A stretch of DNA of 64,000 nt from Gammaproteobacteria bacterium (lineage in GTDB: Bacteria > Pseudomonadota > Gammaproteobacteria > Chromatiales > Chromatiaceae). The position numbers were made by a program, and so were the translations under genes. Position 1 is the first letter of the stretch; each line of letters starts with the position of its first letter. Shown piece by piece: positions 9,553 to 20,076 of this stretch. Location: positions 27,288 through 91,287 of the forward strand of contig JAHJDE010000093.1 of the NCBI GenBank assembly GCA_018812525.1, read 5' to 3'. The notes beneath the pieces are model-generated. The model searched no databases, was not told the DNA's origin, and was given only the letters and a program-made list of their open reading frames with translations.

Positions 9553-9924
9553 ATGGAGGGCATCGTGCCTCAAGACAATATCGACACGCTCAAGCAACGC
9601 CTGTTGCAGTTCGCCCGCGAACGTGACTGGGAACAGTTCCATTCGCCCAAGAACCTGGCCATGGCCCTGATCGCCGAGTGCGCCGAGCTGGTGGAGCATT
9701 TCCAATGGCTGAGCGAGGAGCAGAGCTATCTGACCGGTAGGCCCGACAAGCGGGAAGAGGTGGCCATGGAGCTGGCCGACATCTTCATCTTCCTGATCCG
9801 CTGCTCACAACGCCTTGACATAGACCTCATCGGCGCCGCCTGGCGCAAGATCGCGATCAACGAACAACGCTATCCCGCCGCACGGGTGCGCGGAGATGCG
9901 CGCCGGGCCGATGAATACGAGTGA
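9553..9924 (+). CDS. MazG-like nucleotide pyrophosphohydrolase
   Basis: F.RERDWEQFHSPKNLAMALIAECAELVEHFQW is typical of small MazG-family (YpjD/dCTPase-like) proteins. ATG at 9553, or TTG at 9544. Confidence 0.8.
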   Translation: MEGIVPQDNIDTLKQRLLQFARERDWEQFHSPKNLAMALIAECAELVEHFQWLSEEQSYLTGRPDKREEVAMELADIFIFLIRCSQRLDIDLIGAAWRKIAINEQRYPAARVRGDARRADEYE

Positions 9925-9990
9925 CAGGTTTTTCATCCCGGATCGGCATCAGAGTATACTCGACGGACATTCCGACCCTGAGGCATCGTC

Positions 9991-10125
9991 ATGAAGATTC
10001 GCCCCCTCCTCTTGCTTTGGATTTTGATCGCCACCACGGCCAGCAGCACCCTCTTGACCGCCTGCGGGCAAAAGGGAGATCTGTTCCAACCCGACGATCC
10101 CAGGGCATCCCGGTACAAAAAATAA
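9991..10125 (+). CDS. lptM: LPS-assembly lipoprotein LptM (YifL family)
   Basis: Below the ORF-track size cutoff. My translation: MKIRPLLLLWILIATTASSTLLTACGQKGDLFQPDDPRASRYKK. Lipobox LTAC followed by GQKG.L, immediately upstream of lysA-dapF, the conserved yifL/lptM position. Confidence 0.75.
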   Translation: MKIRPLLLLWILIATTASSTLLTACGQKGDLFQPDDPRASRYKK

Positions 10126-10128
10126 CCC

Positions 10129-11376
10129 ATGGATCACTTCAACTATCGGGGAGATGACCTCTTTGCCGAGGATGTCCCTTTGCAAGAGATCGCCGACCAT
10201 TTCGGCACCCCCTGCTTCGTCTACTCCAGGGCCACGCTCGAACGCCACTGGCACGCCTTCGACAAGGCCTTCGGCGATCATCCCCACCTGGTCTGTTACG
10301 CTGTCAAGGCTAACGCCAATATCGCAGTGCTCAATGTCTTGGCGCAGCTCGGATCGGGGTTCGACATCGTATCGGTAGGCGAGTTGGAGCGTGTCCTGGT
10401 TGCCGGCGGTGATCCAGGGAAGATCGTCTTTTCTGGTGTGGGCAAGCGGGCCGATGAAATGCGCCGCGCCTTGGAAGTCGGCATCCGCTGCTTCAATGTC
10501 GAATCCGAGGCGGAACTCGAACGGCTCAACCAAGCCGCCGCCGAGCTGGGTCAGAAGGCCCCCGTCTCTCTGCGGGTGAATCCCGATGTGGACGCCCAGA
10601 CCCACGCCTATATCTCGACGGGGCTGAAGGAAAACAAATTCGGCATCGATATCCATCGTTCGCTGCATGTCTATCGGCACGCCCTGCAACTCCCTAACAT
10701 AGAGGTCAAAGGGGTCGACTGCCATATCGGCTCTCAATTGACCGGCCTGACCCCTTTCGCCGACGCCCTTGAACGGGTCTTGAATCTGGTCGAGCTGTTG
10801 CGTCAGGAAGGCATCGCCATTCAGCATCTTGACCTGGGCGGAGGCTTGGGCGTTCGCTACATCGATGAAGCCCCGCCCGAGCCCTTCGACTACGCGGCCC
10901 GGCTGATCGACCGGCTTATGCATCTGCCCTACGAAATCCTGGTGGAACCCGGCCGTGCCATCGCAGGCAATGCCGGCATCCTCCTGACCCGTGTCGAATA
11001 TCTGAAATCCACGGAACACAAACACTTTGCCATCGCCGATGCCGCCATGAACGATCTGCTTCGCCCATCGCTCTATCAGGCCATCCAGGGCATAGTCCCT
11101 GTGCATCGGCACAATGCCGGCGTAGAGGCCGTCTACGACGTGGTCGGCCCGGTCTGCGAAACGGGGGATTTCCTCGGCAAGGGGCGCCGGCTCAATCTCA
11201 GACAGGGCGATCTCCTGGCCGTCCGCACCAGCGGCGCCTATGGATTCGCCATGAGCTCCAACTACAACTCCCGCCCCCGCGCCGCCGAGGTGATGGTGAG
11301 CGGCAACCAATGCCACCTTGTCCGCCGCCGCGAAACGGTTCAGGAATTGTTCGCCCTGGAAGCACCCTTGCCATGA
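10129..11376 (+). CDS. lysA: diaminopimelate decarboxylase
   Basis: 415 aa. [17 protein letters not shown] and CETGD motifs. Followed by dapF. Confidence 0.95.
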   Translation: MDHFNYRGDDLFAEDVPLQEIADHFGTPCFVYSRATLERHWHAFDKAFGDHPHLVCYAVKANANIAVLNVLAQLGSGFDIVSVGELERVLVAGGDPGKIVFSGVGKRADEMRRALEVGIRCFNVESEAELERLNQAAAELGQKAPVSLRVNPDVDAQTHAYISTGLKENKFGIDIHRSLHVYRHALQLPNIEVKGVDCHIGSQLTGLTPFADALERVLNLVELLRQEGIAIQHLDLGGGLGVRYIDEAPPEPFDYAARLIDRLMHLPYEILVEPGRAIAGNAGILLTRVEYLKSTEHKHFAIADAAMNDLLRPSLYQAIQGIVPVHRHNAGVEAVYDVVGPVCETGDFLGKGRRLNLRQGDLLAVRTSGAYGFAMSSNYNSRPRAAEVMVSGNQCHLVRRRETVQELFALEAPLP

Positions 11377-12203
11377 GGCTCGCCTTCACCAAGATGCAGG
11401 GGCTGGGAAACGATTTCATTGTCCTGGACGCCACCCGCGCCCCTATTGCCTTGACGCAGGAACAGATCCGTTTCCTGGCCGATCGCCGTTTTGGCATTGG
11501 TTGCGACCAGTTGTTGATGGTGGAGCCCCCCCGCAATACATTGACCGATTTCCACTACCGCATCTTTAACGCAGATGGCGGTGAGGTGGAACAATGCGGT
11601 AACGGTGCCCGTTGCTTCGCCCGTTTTGTGCGCGACCTTGGGCTGACGAAAAAGGATGTCATCGATGTTGGCACCGCCTCCGGCAATATCCGCCTTTATG
11701 TGGGGCAGGATGGCCAGGTGAGGGTCAACATGGGCAGCCCTGTGTTCTCTCCGGAAAAGATCCCTTTTCTGGCCGATAGCGAAGCCGAGTCCTACCCTCT
11801 GGAGATCAATGGGGCGACCTTCCGTATCGGAGCCGTCTCCATGGGCAATCCCCATGCCATTCTGCTGGTCGATGACTGTGCCACCGCTCCGGTCGAAACC
11901 CTTGGCCCTTTGATCGAGTCCCACCCCCATTTCCCGCAAAGGGTCAATGTCGGCTTTATGGCCGTGCGTTTTCGTGACCATATTGACCTACGGGTATTTG
12001 AGCGAGGGTCGGGGGAAACCCTTGCCTGCGGCACCGGCGCTTGTGCCGCCATGGTCATTGGCCATCATTGGGGACTGCTCGACGAACAGGCACGGGTCTC
12101 CCTGCCGGGCGGGGATCTTATGCTTGGCTGGTCCGGACCCGGAGAGCCCGTCTGGATGAAGGGGGCTGCGGAGAGGGTCTTTGATGGCATCATCGAGCTA
12201 TGA
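11373..12203 (+). CDS. dapF: diaminopimelate epimerase
   Basis: [19 protein letters not shown]... with [16 protein letters not shown] and ACGTGACA catalytic Cys motifs. ATGA overlap with lysA. Confidence 0.95.
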   Translation: MRLAFTKMQGLGNDFIVLDATRAPIALTQEQIRFLADRRFGIGCDQLLMVEPPRNTLTDFHYRIFNADGGEVEQCGNGARCFARFVRDLGLTKKDVIDVGTASGNIRLYVGQDGQVRVNMGSPVFSPEKIPFLADSEAESYPLEINGATFRIGAVSMGNPHAILLVDDCATAPVETLGPLIESHPHFPQRVNVGFMAVRFRDHIDLRVFERGSGETLACGTGACAAMVIGHHWGLLDEQARVSLPGGDLMLGWSGPGEPVWMKGAAERVFDGIIEL

Positions 12204-12895
12204 GCATTAAATCCAAACCCAAGCAGCCAATGGAAATGAGCAAGGCCGTTGCCGATTACTTGCTTGAAAACCCTGATTTCTTCGTACGCAACGAAGATCT
12301 GCTGAGCAGGCTTCGCATCCCGCACCCCAGCGGCCAGGCGGTCTCCCTTCTCGAACGACAGGTCCATGTCCTGCGAGAACAACTGGAAGGATGCAACCTG
12401 CGTCTCCACCAGATGATAGAGATTGCCCGTGAAAATGAAATTCTCGCCGATCGCATACAGCATCTGACCCTTGCCCTGATCCCCTGCCAAGGCTTAGAAG
12501 AGATGCTGTCCGCTCTGAATGACGAGCTATTCGACCACTTCCAGGCGGATGCCGTCGAACTCCGCCTTTTTTCACGGGGTGAATTGGACCCGCCGGCCTC
12601 CATGCCTTCGGACAAACAGGCCGTGATCGCCAAGTTGAAGGCATTCCTCGATGATGGACGGCCACTTTGCGGCAATCTCGATCCCAGCCAGCTCGCCTTT
12701 ATCTTCGGCCCCATCGCCGATAACGTCCGTTCAACCGCCTTGGTCCCTCTTCGCTGCAACGACGCATACGGCATTCTGGCCATCGGCAGCCGTTCCGATG
12801 AACGTTTCAATACAGGCAAGGGCACGCTTTTCCTGAGCCGGCTGTCGGAGCTCGTCAGCCGTTTTTTGCAAAAGGTTTCCTTGCCCGGTGTTTGA
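12200..12895 (+). CDS. DUF484 family protein (YigA-like)
   Basis: 231 aa. NPDFF...LL..L..PH..G.AVSL.ERQ pattern, in the conserved dapF-DUF484-xerC position. Confidence 0.85.
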   Translation: MSIKSKPKQPMEMSKAVADYLLENPDFFVRNEDLLSRLRIPHPSGQAVSLLERQVHVLREQLEGCNLRLHQMIEIARENEILADRIQHLTLALIPCQGLEEMLSALNDELFDHFQADAVELRLFSRGELDPPASMPSDKQAVIAKLKAFLDDGRPLCGNLDPSQLAFIFGPIADNVRSTALVPLRCNDAYGILAIGSRSDERFNTGKGTLFLSRLSELVSRFLQKVSLPGV

Positions 12896-13793
12896 GGAGC
12901 TGCAAGGCTTTCTCGATTATCTCCGCCATGAACGGCGCCTCTCCCCTCGCAGCCTTGAGGCTTACGAACGCGATCTCCTGGGAGTGAAGGACTGGGCCTC
13001 AGGACGCGGATTGCGGAGATGGCCGGAGCTCACTTCGCATCTAGTCCGCGCATACATTGCCGAGCGCCATCGCCAAGGGCTTTCAGGTTCCACCTTGCGA
13101 CGAGCGCTTTCTTCCCTGCGCGCCCTGTTTCGTTTTCTTCATCGGGAAGGCGTTGTTGGGCACAACCCCGCCGACAGCATTCGAGCACCAAAATCCGATC
13201 ACAGGCTCCCCTCCCACCTCGATCCAGAGACCTTAGGTCTATTGCTGGACGGTATCCCCTCGGATTCCCCCCTGGGCACCCGTGATAGCGCCATCATGGA
13301 GTTGTTCTACTCATCGGGCCTCCGTCTGGCGGAACTGGTATCCCTTGATCTCAACGACATTGTGTCTTCTGGTGAATTGTTGCGCGTGACCGGAAAGGGG
13401 GCAAAGATGCGCCAAGTCCCCATTGGAGCTGTAGCCCGACAGGCCGTTGATCGGTGGCTTTCGATCCGCTCGCGCCTGGCGAAGCCAGGCGAAACGGCCC
13501 TCTTCGTCAGCCAGCGCGGCAACCGGATATCTCCCCGCGCTGTACAGCAGCGTGTCGACCTACAAGCCCGCCGAGGAATGGCCCCCTGCCATGTCCATCC
13601 CCATATGCTGCGCCACTCCTTCGCCGGCCATCTGCTGGAGGGCTCGGGCGACCTGCGCGCCGTGCAGGAGTTGCTCGGTCACGCCGATATCGGGACCACG
13701 CAGATCTATACCCACCTTGATTTCCGCCACCTGGCAGAGGTCTATGACAATACCCATCCCAGGGCCAGGAAGAAGAAAGACCCCGGACAATAG
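12888..13793 (+). CDS. xerC: tyrosine recombinase XerC
   Basis: 301 aa with a GTG start. ERRLSPRSLEAYERDL N-terminal SAM-like domain. C-terminal HMLRHSFA...LLGHADIGTTQIYTH catalytic motifs. Confidence 0.9.
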   Translation: MFEELQGFLDYLRHERRLSPRSLEAYERDLLGVKDWASGRGLRRWPELTSHLVRAYIAERHRQGLSGSTLRRALSSLRALFRFLHREGVVGHNPADSIRAPKSDHRLPSHLDPETLGLLLDGIPSDSPLGTRDSAIMELFYSSGLRLAELVSLDLNDIVSSGELLRVTGKGAKMRQVPIGAVARQAVDRWLSIRSRLAKPGETALFVSQRGNRISPRAVQQRVDLQARRGMAPCHVHPHMLRHSFAGHLLEGSGDLRAVQELLGHADIGTTQIYTHLDFRHLAEVYDNTHPRARKKKDPGQ

Positions 13794-13842
13794 TCCGTTT
13801 CTTGGATAGAATCACCCGTTTCCCACGTCTAGAGAGCCCGGC

Positions 13843-14388
13843 ATGGAGACTTTTCACGGCACTACCATTCTATCCATTCGCCGCAACGGAAAGGTTGCTG
13901 TCGGCGGCGATGGGCAGGTCTCCCTCGGCAATACGGTGATGAAAGGCAACGCCCGCAAGGTTCGCCGTCTTTATAAAGAACAGGTGCTGGCGGGATTTGC
14001 CGGCGCCACCGCCGACGCCTTTACCCTCTTTGAGCGGTTCGAGGGGAAGCTGGAAAAGCATCATGGCAACCTGACCCGTGCCGCTGTTGAACTGGCCAAG
14101 GATTGGCGCACCGACCGGATGCTTCGGCGCCTGGAGGCCATGCTCTGCGTGGCCGATACCAAGGCATCCCTCATCATCTCCGGCACTGGCGACGTGCTCG
14201 AACCGGAGAACGGGCTGATGGCCATCGGCTCTGGTGGTGCCTTCGCCCAGGCCGCCGCTCGCGCCCTGATGGAGAACACGAACCTGGATGCCGTTCAGAT
14301 CGTCGAAAAGGGACTCGCCATTGCCGCCGATATATGTATCTACACCAATCACAATCGCACCATTGAAGAGCTGGATTCCGAAGCCTGA
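13843..14388 (+). CDS. hslV: ATP-dependent protease subunit HslV
   Basis: [37 protein letters not shown]. Confidence 0.95.
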   Translation: METFHGTTILSIRRNGKVAVGGDGQVSLGNTVMKGNARKVRRLYKEQVLAGFAGATADAFTLFERFEGKLEKHHGNLTRAAVELAKDWRTDRMLRRLEAMLCVADTKASLIISGTGDVLEPENGLMAIGSGGAFAQAAARALMENTNLDAVQIVEKGLAIAADICIYTNHNRTIEELDSEA

Positions 14389-15728
14389 TGTCCGATATCA
14401 CCCCACAAGAAATCGTCCTTGAGCTGGACAAGCACATCGTCGGCCAGCAGCAGGCCAAGCGTTCCGTGGCCATCGCCCTCCGCAACCGCCGCCGCCGCAT
14501 GCTGATCGATGAGCCCCTGCGGAGCGAGATCACGCCCAAGAATATCCTCATGATCGGGCCTACCGGTGTCGGCAAAACAGAAATTGCCAGGCGCCTTGCC
14601 CGGCTGGCCAACGCCCCTTTTATCAAGGTCGAGGCGACCAAGTTTACCGAGGTCGGCTATGTGGGCAAGGAGGTCGATTCCATCATCCGAGACCTGGCCG
14701 ACGTTGCCGTAAAGATGTTGCGCGAGCAGGAGCTGGACAAGGTCAAGCATGTAGCGGAGGAGATGGCGGAGGAGCGTGTGCTCGATACCCTATTACCGTC
14801 CCCCGCCCCCCGCAGCTTCGAGGAGGAGGGCCGGTCCGGAGCCGCTCCGGGGACGGCCACACGCGAAAAGTTTCGCGCCAAGCTGCGCAACGGCGAACTG
14901 GACGACAAGGAGATCGAGATCGAGGTCAGCTCCCCCCAGCTTGGGGTCGAGATTATGGCCCCGCCTGGTATGGAGGAAATGACCGGCCAACTGCAAAGCC
15001 TCTTTCAGAACCTGGGCAGCGGGCGCACCCGTCGTCGAAAACTGCGTGTCCGCGATGCCCTCGGCCTGATCGCAGATGAAGAAGCGGCCAAGCGCATCAA
15101 TGAAGAGGACCTGAAGTATCGTGCCCTTGAAAATGTCGAACAAAACGGCATTGTCTTTATCGACGAACTGGACAAGGTCACCAGCCGTTCAAGCCAGGGC
15201 GGCCCCGATGTCTCACGGGAGGGGGTTCAGCGGGATCTGCTGCCGTTGGTGGAGGGCTGCACCGTTTCAACCAAGCATGGCATGGTCAAAACCGACCACA
15301 TCCTCTTCATCGCATCTGGCGCCTTCCATCTCTCCAAACCCTCCGATCTGATCCCCGAGCTTCAGGGTCGTCTGCCGATCCGGGTAGAGCTGAGTGCCCT
15401 CACATCGGAGGACTTTACCCGTATCCTCACTGAACCCGATGCATCTCTGACCGACCAGTACCGAGCGCTGATGGCAACCGAAGGGCTGGATCTAGCGTTC
15501 ACCCAGAATGGTATTCGTCGCATTGCAGAAATCGCCTGGCAGGTCAATGAACGTACCGAGAATATCGGTGCACGGCGCCTGCATACTGTCCTTGAACGGC
15601 TGTTGGAGGAGGTCTCGTTCGCTGCTTCTCAAATGCAGGGAGAGACCATAACCATTGATGCGCACTATGTCGACAGCCACCTCGGAGAGTTGGCCCAGAA
15701 CGAGGATTTGAGCCGTTTCATTCTGTGA
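14388..15728 (+). CDS. hslU: ATP-dependent protease ATPase subunit HslU
   Basis: 446 aa. [40 protein letters not shown]. Confidence 0.95.
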   Translation: MSDITPQEIVLELDKHIVGQQQAKRSVAIALRNRRRRMLIDEPLRSEITPKNILMIGPTGVGKTEIARRLARLANAPFIKVEATKFTEVGYVGKEVDSIIRDLADVAVKMLREQELDKVKHVAEEMAEERVLDTLLPSPAPRSFEEEGRSGAAPGTATREKFRAKLRNGELDDKEIEIEVSSPQLGVEIMAPPGMEEMTGQLQSLFQNLGSGRTRRRKLRVRDALGLIADEEAAKRINEEDLKYRALENVEQNGIVFIDELDKVTSRSSQGGPDVSREGVQRDLLPLVEGCTVSTKHGMVKTDHILFIASGAFHLSKPSDLIPELQGRLPIRVELSALTSEDFTRILTEPDASLTDQYRALMATEGLDLAFTQNGIRRIAEIAWQVNERTENIGARRLHTVLERLLEEVSFAASQMQGETITIDAHYVDSHLGELAQNEDLSRFIL

Positions 15729-15849
15729 ATTTCATCGCCGATCTCTCCGTTCCGAACCCGTGCGGCACATACCCCAGGGTTTGAGCGGAGAGCACAAGGG
15801 GCTTCAAGGGATTAGAATCACCCCTTTCTCCAATTCGAGGTAACAAGTC

Positions 15850-16215
15850 ATGAGCCATCCGATGCCTACCGAACTCAACCTGCATCGACTCTCCAAGGTA
15901 TTGGAAATCGCCTTCGAAGACGGCAGCCGTTTCAGCCTGCCCTGCGAATATCTCCGTGTCCATTCCCCTTCCGCCGAGGTCCAGGGTCACAGCCCGGAGC
16001 AGCGTCAACTCCAAATCGGCAAGGAGGATGTGAACATCGAGCGCATCGAGCCCACCGGCAATTACGGCGTCACCCTTCACTTCGACGACGGCCACAACAC
16101 CGGCATTTACTCCTGGGAGACCCTGTATACTCTGGGTCAAAATCATGACCGGCTGTGGCGGCAATATCTGCATGAATTGGAACAGGCGGGTCACAAACAC
16201 AGGGAGCCGTCTTGA
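15850..16215 (+). CDS. DUF971 (gamma-butyrobetaine hydroxylase-like N-terminal domain) protein
   Basis: 121 aa. L...F.DG..F.L.CEYLRV.SPSAEV...I..IEP.GNYGV.L.FDDGH.TGIY.W..L. Conserved position after hslU. Confidence 0.8.
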   Translation: MSHPMPTELNLHRLSKVLEIAFEDGSRFSLPCEYLRVHSPSAEVQGHSPEQRQLQIGKEDVNIERIEPTGNYGVTLHFDDGHNTGIYSWETLYTLGQNHDRLWRQYLHELEQAGHKHREPS

Positions 16216-16266
16216 TTCCTTGCCCTAATACTGCTCAAGCCCCCTGTGCCCCTAGTCAGGTGATCC

Positions 16267-17019
16267 ATGGCCATAGATCCCAACTCAACCCATTTCGGCT
16301 TTGAACAAGTACCTCTCGGCGAGAAGGCAAACCGTGTCCGCGCCGTATTCGACTCGGTTGCTGACCGCTATGATCTCATGAACGATCTGATGTCTCTCGG
16401 CGTCCATCGTCTATGGAAGCGCATGGCGGTGGATTTGGCTGGGATCAGGGCGGGACACTGCATTCTTGATCTAGCCTCTGGCACGGGTGACCTAGCCGAC
16501 CGCTTCGCAGGCCTGGCAGGCCCCGCAGGACGCGTGGTGATGACTGATATCAACAGCGCCATGCTGCAAAACGGTCGGGATCGCATGCTGAATGCCGGAC
16601 ATGCCGGCAATATCGAATTTGTTCTCGTCAACGCCGAGACCATACCCTTCGCCGACAACAGCTTCGACTCTGTCACCATTGCCTTCGGTCTGCGCAACGT
16701 AACGGACAAACAGAGCGCCCTGGTTGAAATGCATAGGGTATTGCGCCCCGGTGGCCGCGCCCTGGTGCTGGAGTTTTCCCATCCTACCGACAAGACCTTC
16801 AGCAAGATTTATGACCTTTACTCCTTTAAATTGCTCCCCCTCATTGGCAAGGTGATTGCGAAGGATGAGGCCAGCTATCGCTATTTGGCCGAGTCGATTC
16901 GCATGCATCCCGATCAGGAAACACTCCGGGGGATGATGGAGCAGGCTGGCTTCGAGCGTTGCGACTATCACAATTTGAGCCTCGGCATCGTAGCTGTTCA
17001 TCGCGGATTCAAGCTGTGA
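16267..17019 (+). CDS. ubiE: ubiquinone/menaquinone biosynthesis C-methyltransferase UbiE
   Basis: THFGF..V...K...V..VF.SVA.RYDLMNDLMS.G.HR.WK; ILDLASGTGD. Confidence 0.95.
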   Translation: MAIDPNSTHFGFEQVPLGEKANRVRAVFDSVADRYDLMNDLMSLGVHRLWKRMAVDLAGIRAGHCILDLASGTGDLADRFAGLAGPAGRVVMTDINSAMLQNGRDRMLNAGHAGNIEFVLVNAETIPFADNSFDSVTIAFGLRNVTDKQSALVEMHRVLRPGGRALVLEFSHPTDKTFSKIYDLYSFKLLPLIGKVIAKDEASYRYLAESIRMHPDQETLRGMMEQAGFERCDYHNLSLGIVAVHRGFKL

Positions 17020-17028
17020 GGCCCCCGC

Positions 17029-17652
17029 ATGCCACTGATTGACGCGGTATTCGCCCTTAGCGAGGAGGCGATACATCAATATTTGGCCCTTGATCCGCAT
17101 GTCCTGGGACAGCTTCGGCCCCTCCACGGCAAGGCGATTGCTTTCGAGATTGCCGGTTTTGAGCGACGGCTATTTTTTGTCCCCGCACCCAACAGACTCA
17201 TGCTCTTTGCCCGCCATGAGGGCAAACCCGACTGCGTCATCCGGGGATCGCTCCTTGCTTTGGCAAAACTTGGGCATGCCGTGGAGAAGAGTGGGGTGCT
17301 GTTTGGCGGCGATGTACAAATCAGCGGTGACGCTGCAATTGCCCAGCGTTTCGGACAGATTCTTGCCAAAGTGGATATCGATTGGGAAGAGCACCTGAGC
17401 CGTCTCATTGGAGATATCCCAGCCCATCAATTCGCCCGGTCCGGTCGTGAGTTGCGCCACTGGACCAGCCAGACACATCAGGCACTGGAGCAAGACCTTG
17501 GGGAATATCTTCAAGAAGAGGCGCTTCTCAGCCCGCATCCGGAGGAAGTTCGCTTATTCAATGCCGATGTCGACCGAATTCGTGATGATGTGGAGAGGCT
17601 GGAGGTCCGCGTCCATCGTCTTCTGCAAGCGTTAAACGGGGCAGCACCGTGA
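17029..17652 (+). CDS. ubiJ: ubiquinone biosynthesis accessory factor UbiJ (SCP2 domain)
   Basis: 207 aa between ubiE and ubiB, with 4-nt overlap with ubiB. Confidence 0.8.
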   Translation: MPLIDAVFALSEEAIHQYLALDPHVLGQLRPLHGKAIAFEIAGFERRLFFVPAPNRLMLFARHEGKPDCVIRGSLLALAKLGHAVEKSGVLFGGDVQISGDAAIAQRFGQILAKVDIDWEEHLSRLIGDIPAHQFARSGRELRHWTSQTHQALEQDLGEYLQEEALLSPHPEEVRLFNADVDRIRDDVERLEVRVHRLLQALNGAAP

Positions 17653-19295
17653 GGTCGCTGTTTCAGGCCTGGCGCCTGTTGCACATCGCCTGGGTCCTGC
17701 TGCGCAACGGACTCGACGAGGTTCTGCTTGCCACTCACCTCTTCCGCTCCTTGCGTTTTCTGACCGTTTTCGCCCCCTGGTATTGGCTGCCACGCAACAA
17801 AGAGCCCTTCGGTGTCCGCATCCGTCAGTCCTTGGAGCAACTCGGGCCGATTTTCGTTAAATTCGGTCAGGCAGTTTCCACCCGACGCGACCTGCTGCCC
17901 GAGGATATCGCCGATGAGTTGGCCAAGCTTCAAGACCGCGTCCCGCCCTTTCCCGCCAAGGATGCCATTGCCGTCATTGAGCGTGCATTTGGCCGCCCTC
18001 TTCGGGACATTTTCGCCAGCTTTTCCGAGGAGCCTCTGGCTTCTGCATCCATTGCCCAGGTGCATGTGGTTCGTTTGCAGGACAATCGAGAAGCCGTCGT
18101 AAAGGTTCTGCGTCCCGGCGTCGACCGTATCATTCGTCGTGATGTGGACCTTCTGTTCACCCTTGCCCGCTTCGGCGAACGCTTCTGGTCGGAAGGAAAG
18201 CGTCTTCGCCTCATCGAGGTGGTTCAGGAATACGAAAAGACGATTTTTGACGAGCTTGACCTACTGCGAGAGGCGGCCAATGCAGCCCTGGTCAGGCGTA
18301 ATTTTCAGAACAGCAAACAGCTCTATGTCCCCGAGATTTACTGGGACTACTGTCGTACCCCTGTGATGGTTATGGAGCGTGTTTTCGGGACACCGGTTTG
18401 TGATACTGCCGCGCTTCGCGCCCAGAACGTCGATATGAAACTGCTGGGCGAGCGTGGCGTCGAAATCTTTTTCACACAGGTATTCCGAGACAATTTCTTT
18501 CATGCGGACATGCATCCGGGCAATATCTTTGTCTCTCCCGAGGGCCAGTATATCGCCGTCGATTTCGGCATCATCGGTTCACTGACAAAGGATGATCAGC
18601 GTTATCTGGCCGAGAATCTGCTGGCCTTCTTCAATCGGGACTACAAAAGGGTTGCCGAGCTGCATGTGGAATCTGGCTGGGTGCCGAAAGAGACGCGCAT
18701 CGACGAGTTTGAGGCCGCCATTCGCACCGTCAGTGAGCCCATCTTCGAGAAGCCGATCAGTGAGATTTCCTTCGGCCATTTCCTGCTGCGGCTGTTCCAG
18801 ACCGCCCGGCGCTTCAACATGGAAGTTCAGCCTCAACTGGTCTTGCTGCAAAAGACCCTATTGAACGTAGAGGGCCTGGGCCGGCAGCTCTATCCCCAGT
18901 TGGACCTCTGGACCACCGCCAAACCCTTTCTGGAACGATGGGCCGACGAGCAGGTCGGTTTCCGTGCCTTTTTGCGCCGTACCCGGCAGAACCTGCCCTT
19001 GCTCTCGGAAACCTTGCCGGACTTGCCGATCAAGGCCAATAAGCTGCTTGAGGATGCTTTGCAGGGTCGGCTGACGATTCAGTGGCAATCGGAGGAGCTG
19101 CAACGGCTGCACGAATCGCTGCAAATACACAACCGTCGCGTTATCCAGGCCATCGGCGGAGGCTCCATGTTGATAGCCGGAGCCCTGTTACTGACCTTGA
19201 CCCCCGCAATCCTGAGCGTATCTGCTGCCTTCGCTTTTGGTGGGGCGCTGGGGTTCTCGGGTCTGATCCTCCTTGCTAATTCCGGCCGGTCTTGA
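17649..19295 (+). CDS. ubiB: ubiquinone biosynthesis regulatory protein kinase UbiB
   Basis: 548 aa. [24 protein letters not shown] and [10 protein letters not shown] motifs. C-terminal TM segments. Confidence 0.95.
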   Translation: MRSLFQAWRLLHIAWVLLRNGLDEVLLATHLFRSLRFLTVFAPWYWLPRNKEPFGVRIRQSLEQLGPIFVKFGQAVSTRRDLLPEDIADELAKLQDRVPPFPAKDAIAVIERAFGRPLRDIFASFSEEPLASASIAQVHVVRLQDNREAVVKVLRPGVDRIIRRDVDLLFTLARFGERFWSEGKRLRLIEVVQEYEKTIFDELDLLREAANAALVRRNFQNSKQLYVPEIYWDYCRTPVMVMERVFGTPVCDTAALRAQNVDMKLLGERGVEIFFTQVFRDNFFHADMHPGNIFVSPEGQYIAVDFGIIGSLTKDDQRYLAENLLAFFNRDYKRVAELHVESGWVPKETRIDEFEAAIRTVSEPIFEKPISEISFGHFLLRLFQTARRFNMEVQPQLVLLQKTLLNVEGLGRQLYPQLDLWTTAKPFLERWADEQVGFRAFLRRTRQNLPLLSETLPDLPIKANKLLEDALQGRLTIQWQSEELQRLHESLQIHNRRVIQAIGGGSMLIAGALLLTLTPAILSVSAAFAFGGALGFSGLILLANSGRS

Positions 19296-19311
19296 GTCTC
19301 ATCCCCAGGGT

Positions 19312-19863
19312 TCAGGGTCGAACCAAGGGCTCCTCAACCTGCTTGCGCTTCTCCGGGCCGACAAGCCTTTCGATCAGTTCGAGGGCGAAATCCATCGCTG
19401 TGCCTGGGCCTCGGGAGGTAATCACCTTGCCGTCACTGACGACCGGAAGCGGCATCAGGTCAACGCGCGGAAGATCCATGCTGTCGAGGACCCCCGGATA
19501 GGCCGTGGCCCGCTTTCCATCCAGCACCCCGGCATTGGCCAGGACCTTGGGGGCCGCACATATGGCAGCGACAAAGCCCCCGCTGGCCGCCAGCCTCTTG
19601 ATCAAGGCGTGGATACGCGGATCATTGTCGAGATGGTCCGAACCCGGAAGGCCACCCGGCAGCACCAGCATGTCAAAGGATTCATTCGCTATCGCATCAA
19701 GCGTTGTGTCGGGTAGGAGCACAACGCCTCGGCTGGCCCTGACTGGCCTATCATCCAAACCGGCCGTGACCACATCGATCTCGGCTCGCCGCAGCAGGTC
19801 GATGATCGTCACTGCCTCCATCTCTTCGCAACCTTGGGCCAAGGGAACTAGAACGCGGGTCAT
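19312..19863 (-). CDS. DJ-1/PfpI family protein (YajL-like)
   Basis: Start at internal ATG (MTRVLVPLAQGCEEMEAVTIIDLLRRA). AAICAAP nucleophile-elbow motif. Confidence 0.85.
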   Translation of the reverse strand: MTRVLVPLAQGCEEMEAVTIIDLLRRAEIDVVTAGLDDRPVRASRGVVLLPDTTLDAIANESFDMLVLPGGLPGSDHLDNDPRIHALIKRLAASGGFVAAICAAPKVLANAGVLDGKRATAYPGVLDSMDLPRVDLMPLPVVSDGKVITSRGPGTAMDFALELIERLVGPEKRKQVEEPLVRP

Positions 19864-19901
19864 GGTAATGTCTCCTAACCTGTTGAATAAACATTTGTTT
19901 A

Positions 19902-20049
19902 GAGGTTCTTGCAAAACTGCAAGAACCTCTTGCGGTTCAGGGATGAACCGCCACTTTCAATGGCCTAAGCCATTGAAAATGATGAAAACGAAAAATCGCA
20001 TTTTTGGCTTTCGCCTTGCAAAATGGCCAGGATGGCCATTTTGCTCCTC
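19902..20049 (+). mobile_element. MITE-like five-hairpin repeat, copy 2
   Basis: Same orientation as copy 1, with about 6 substitutions and a 4-nt deletion near the right end. Flanked by direct TTTA at 19898-19901 and 20050-20053. Confidence 0.8.
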
Positions 20050-20076
20050 TTTAGACTGGTGGTTTATCCTCGTCCC

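Noticed and set aside
9949-11316. 455-aa minus-strand ORF
   Set aside because: Antisense shadow of lysA.
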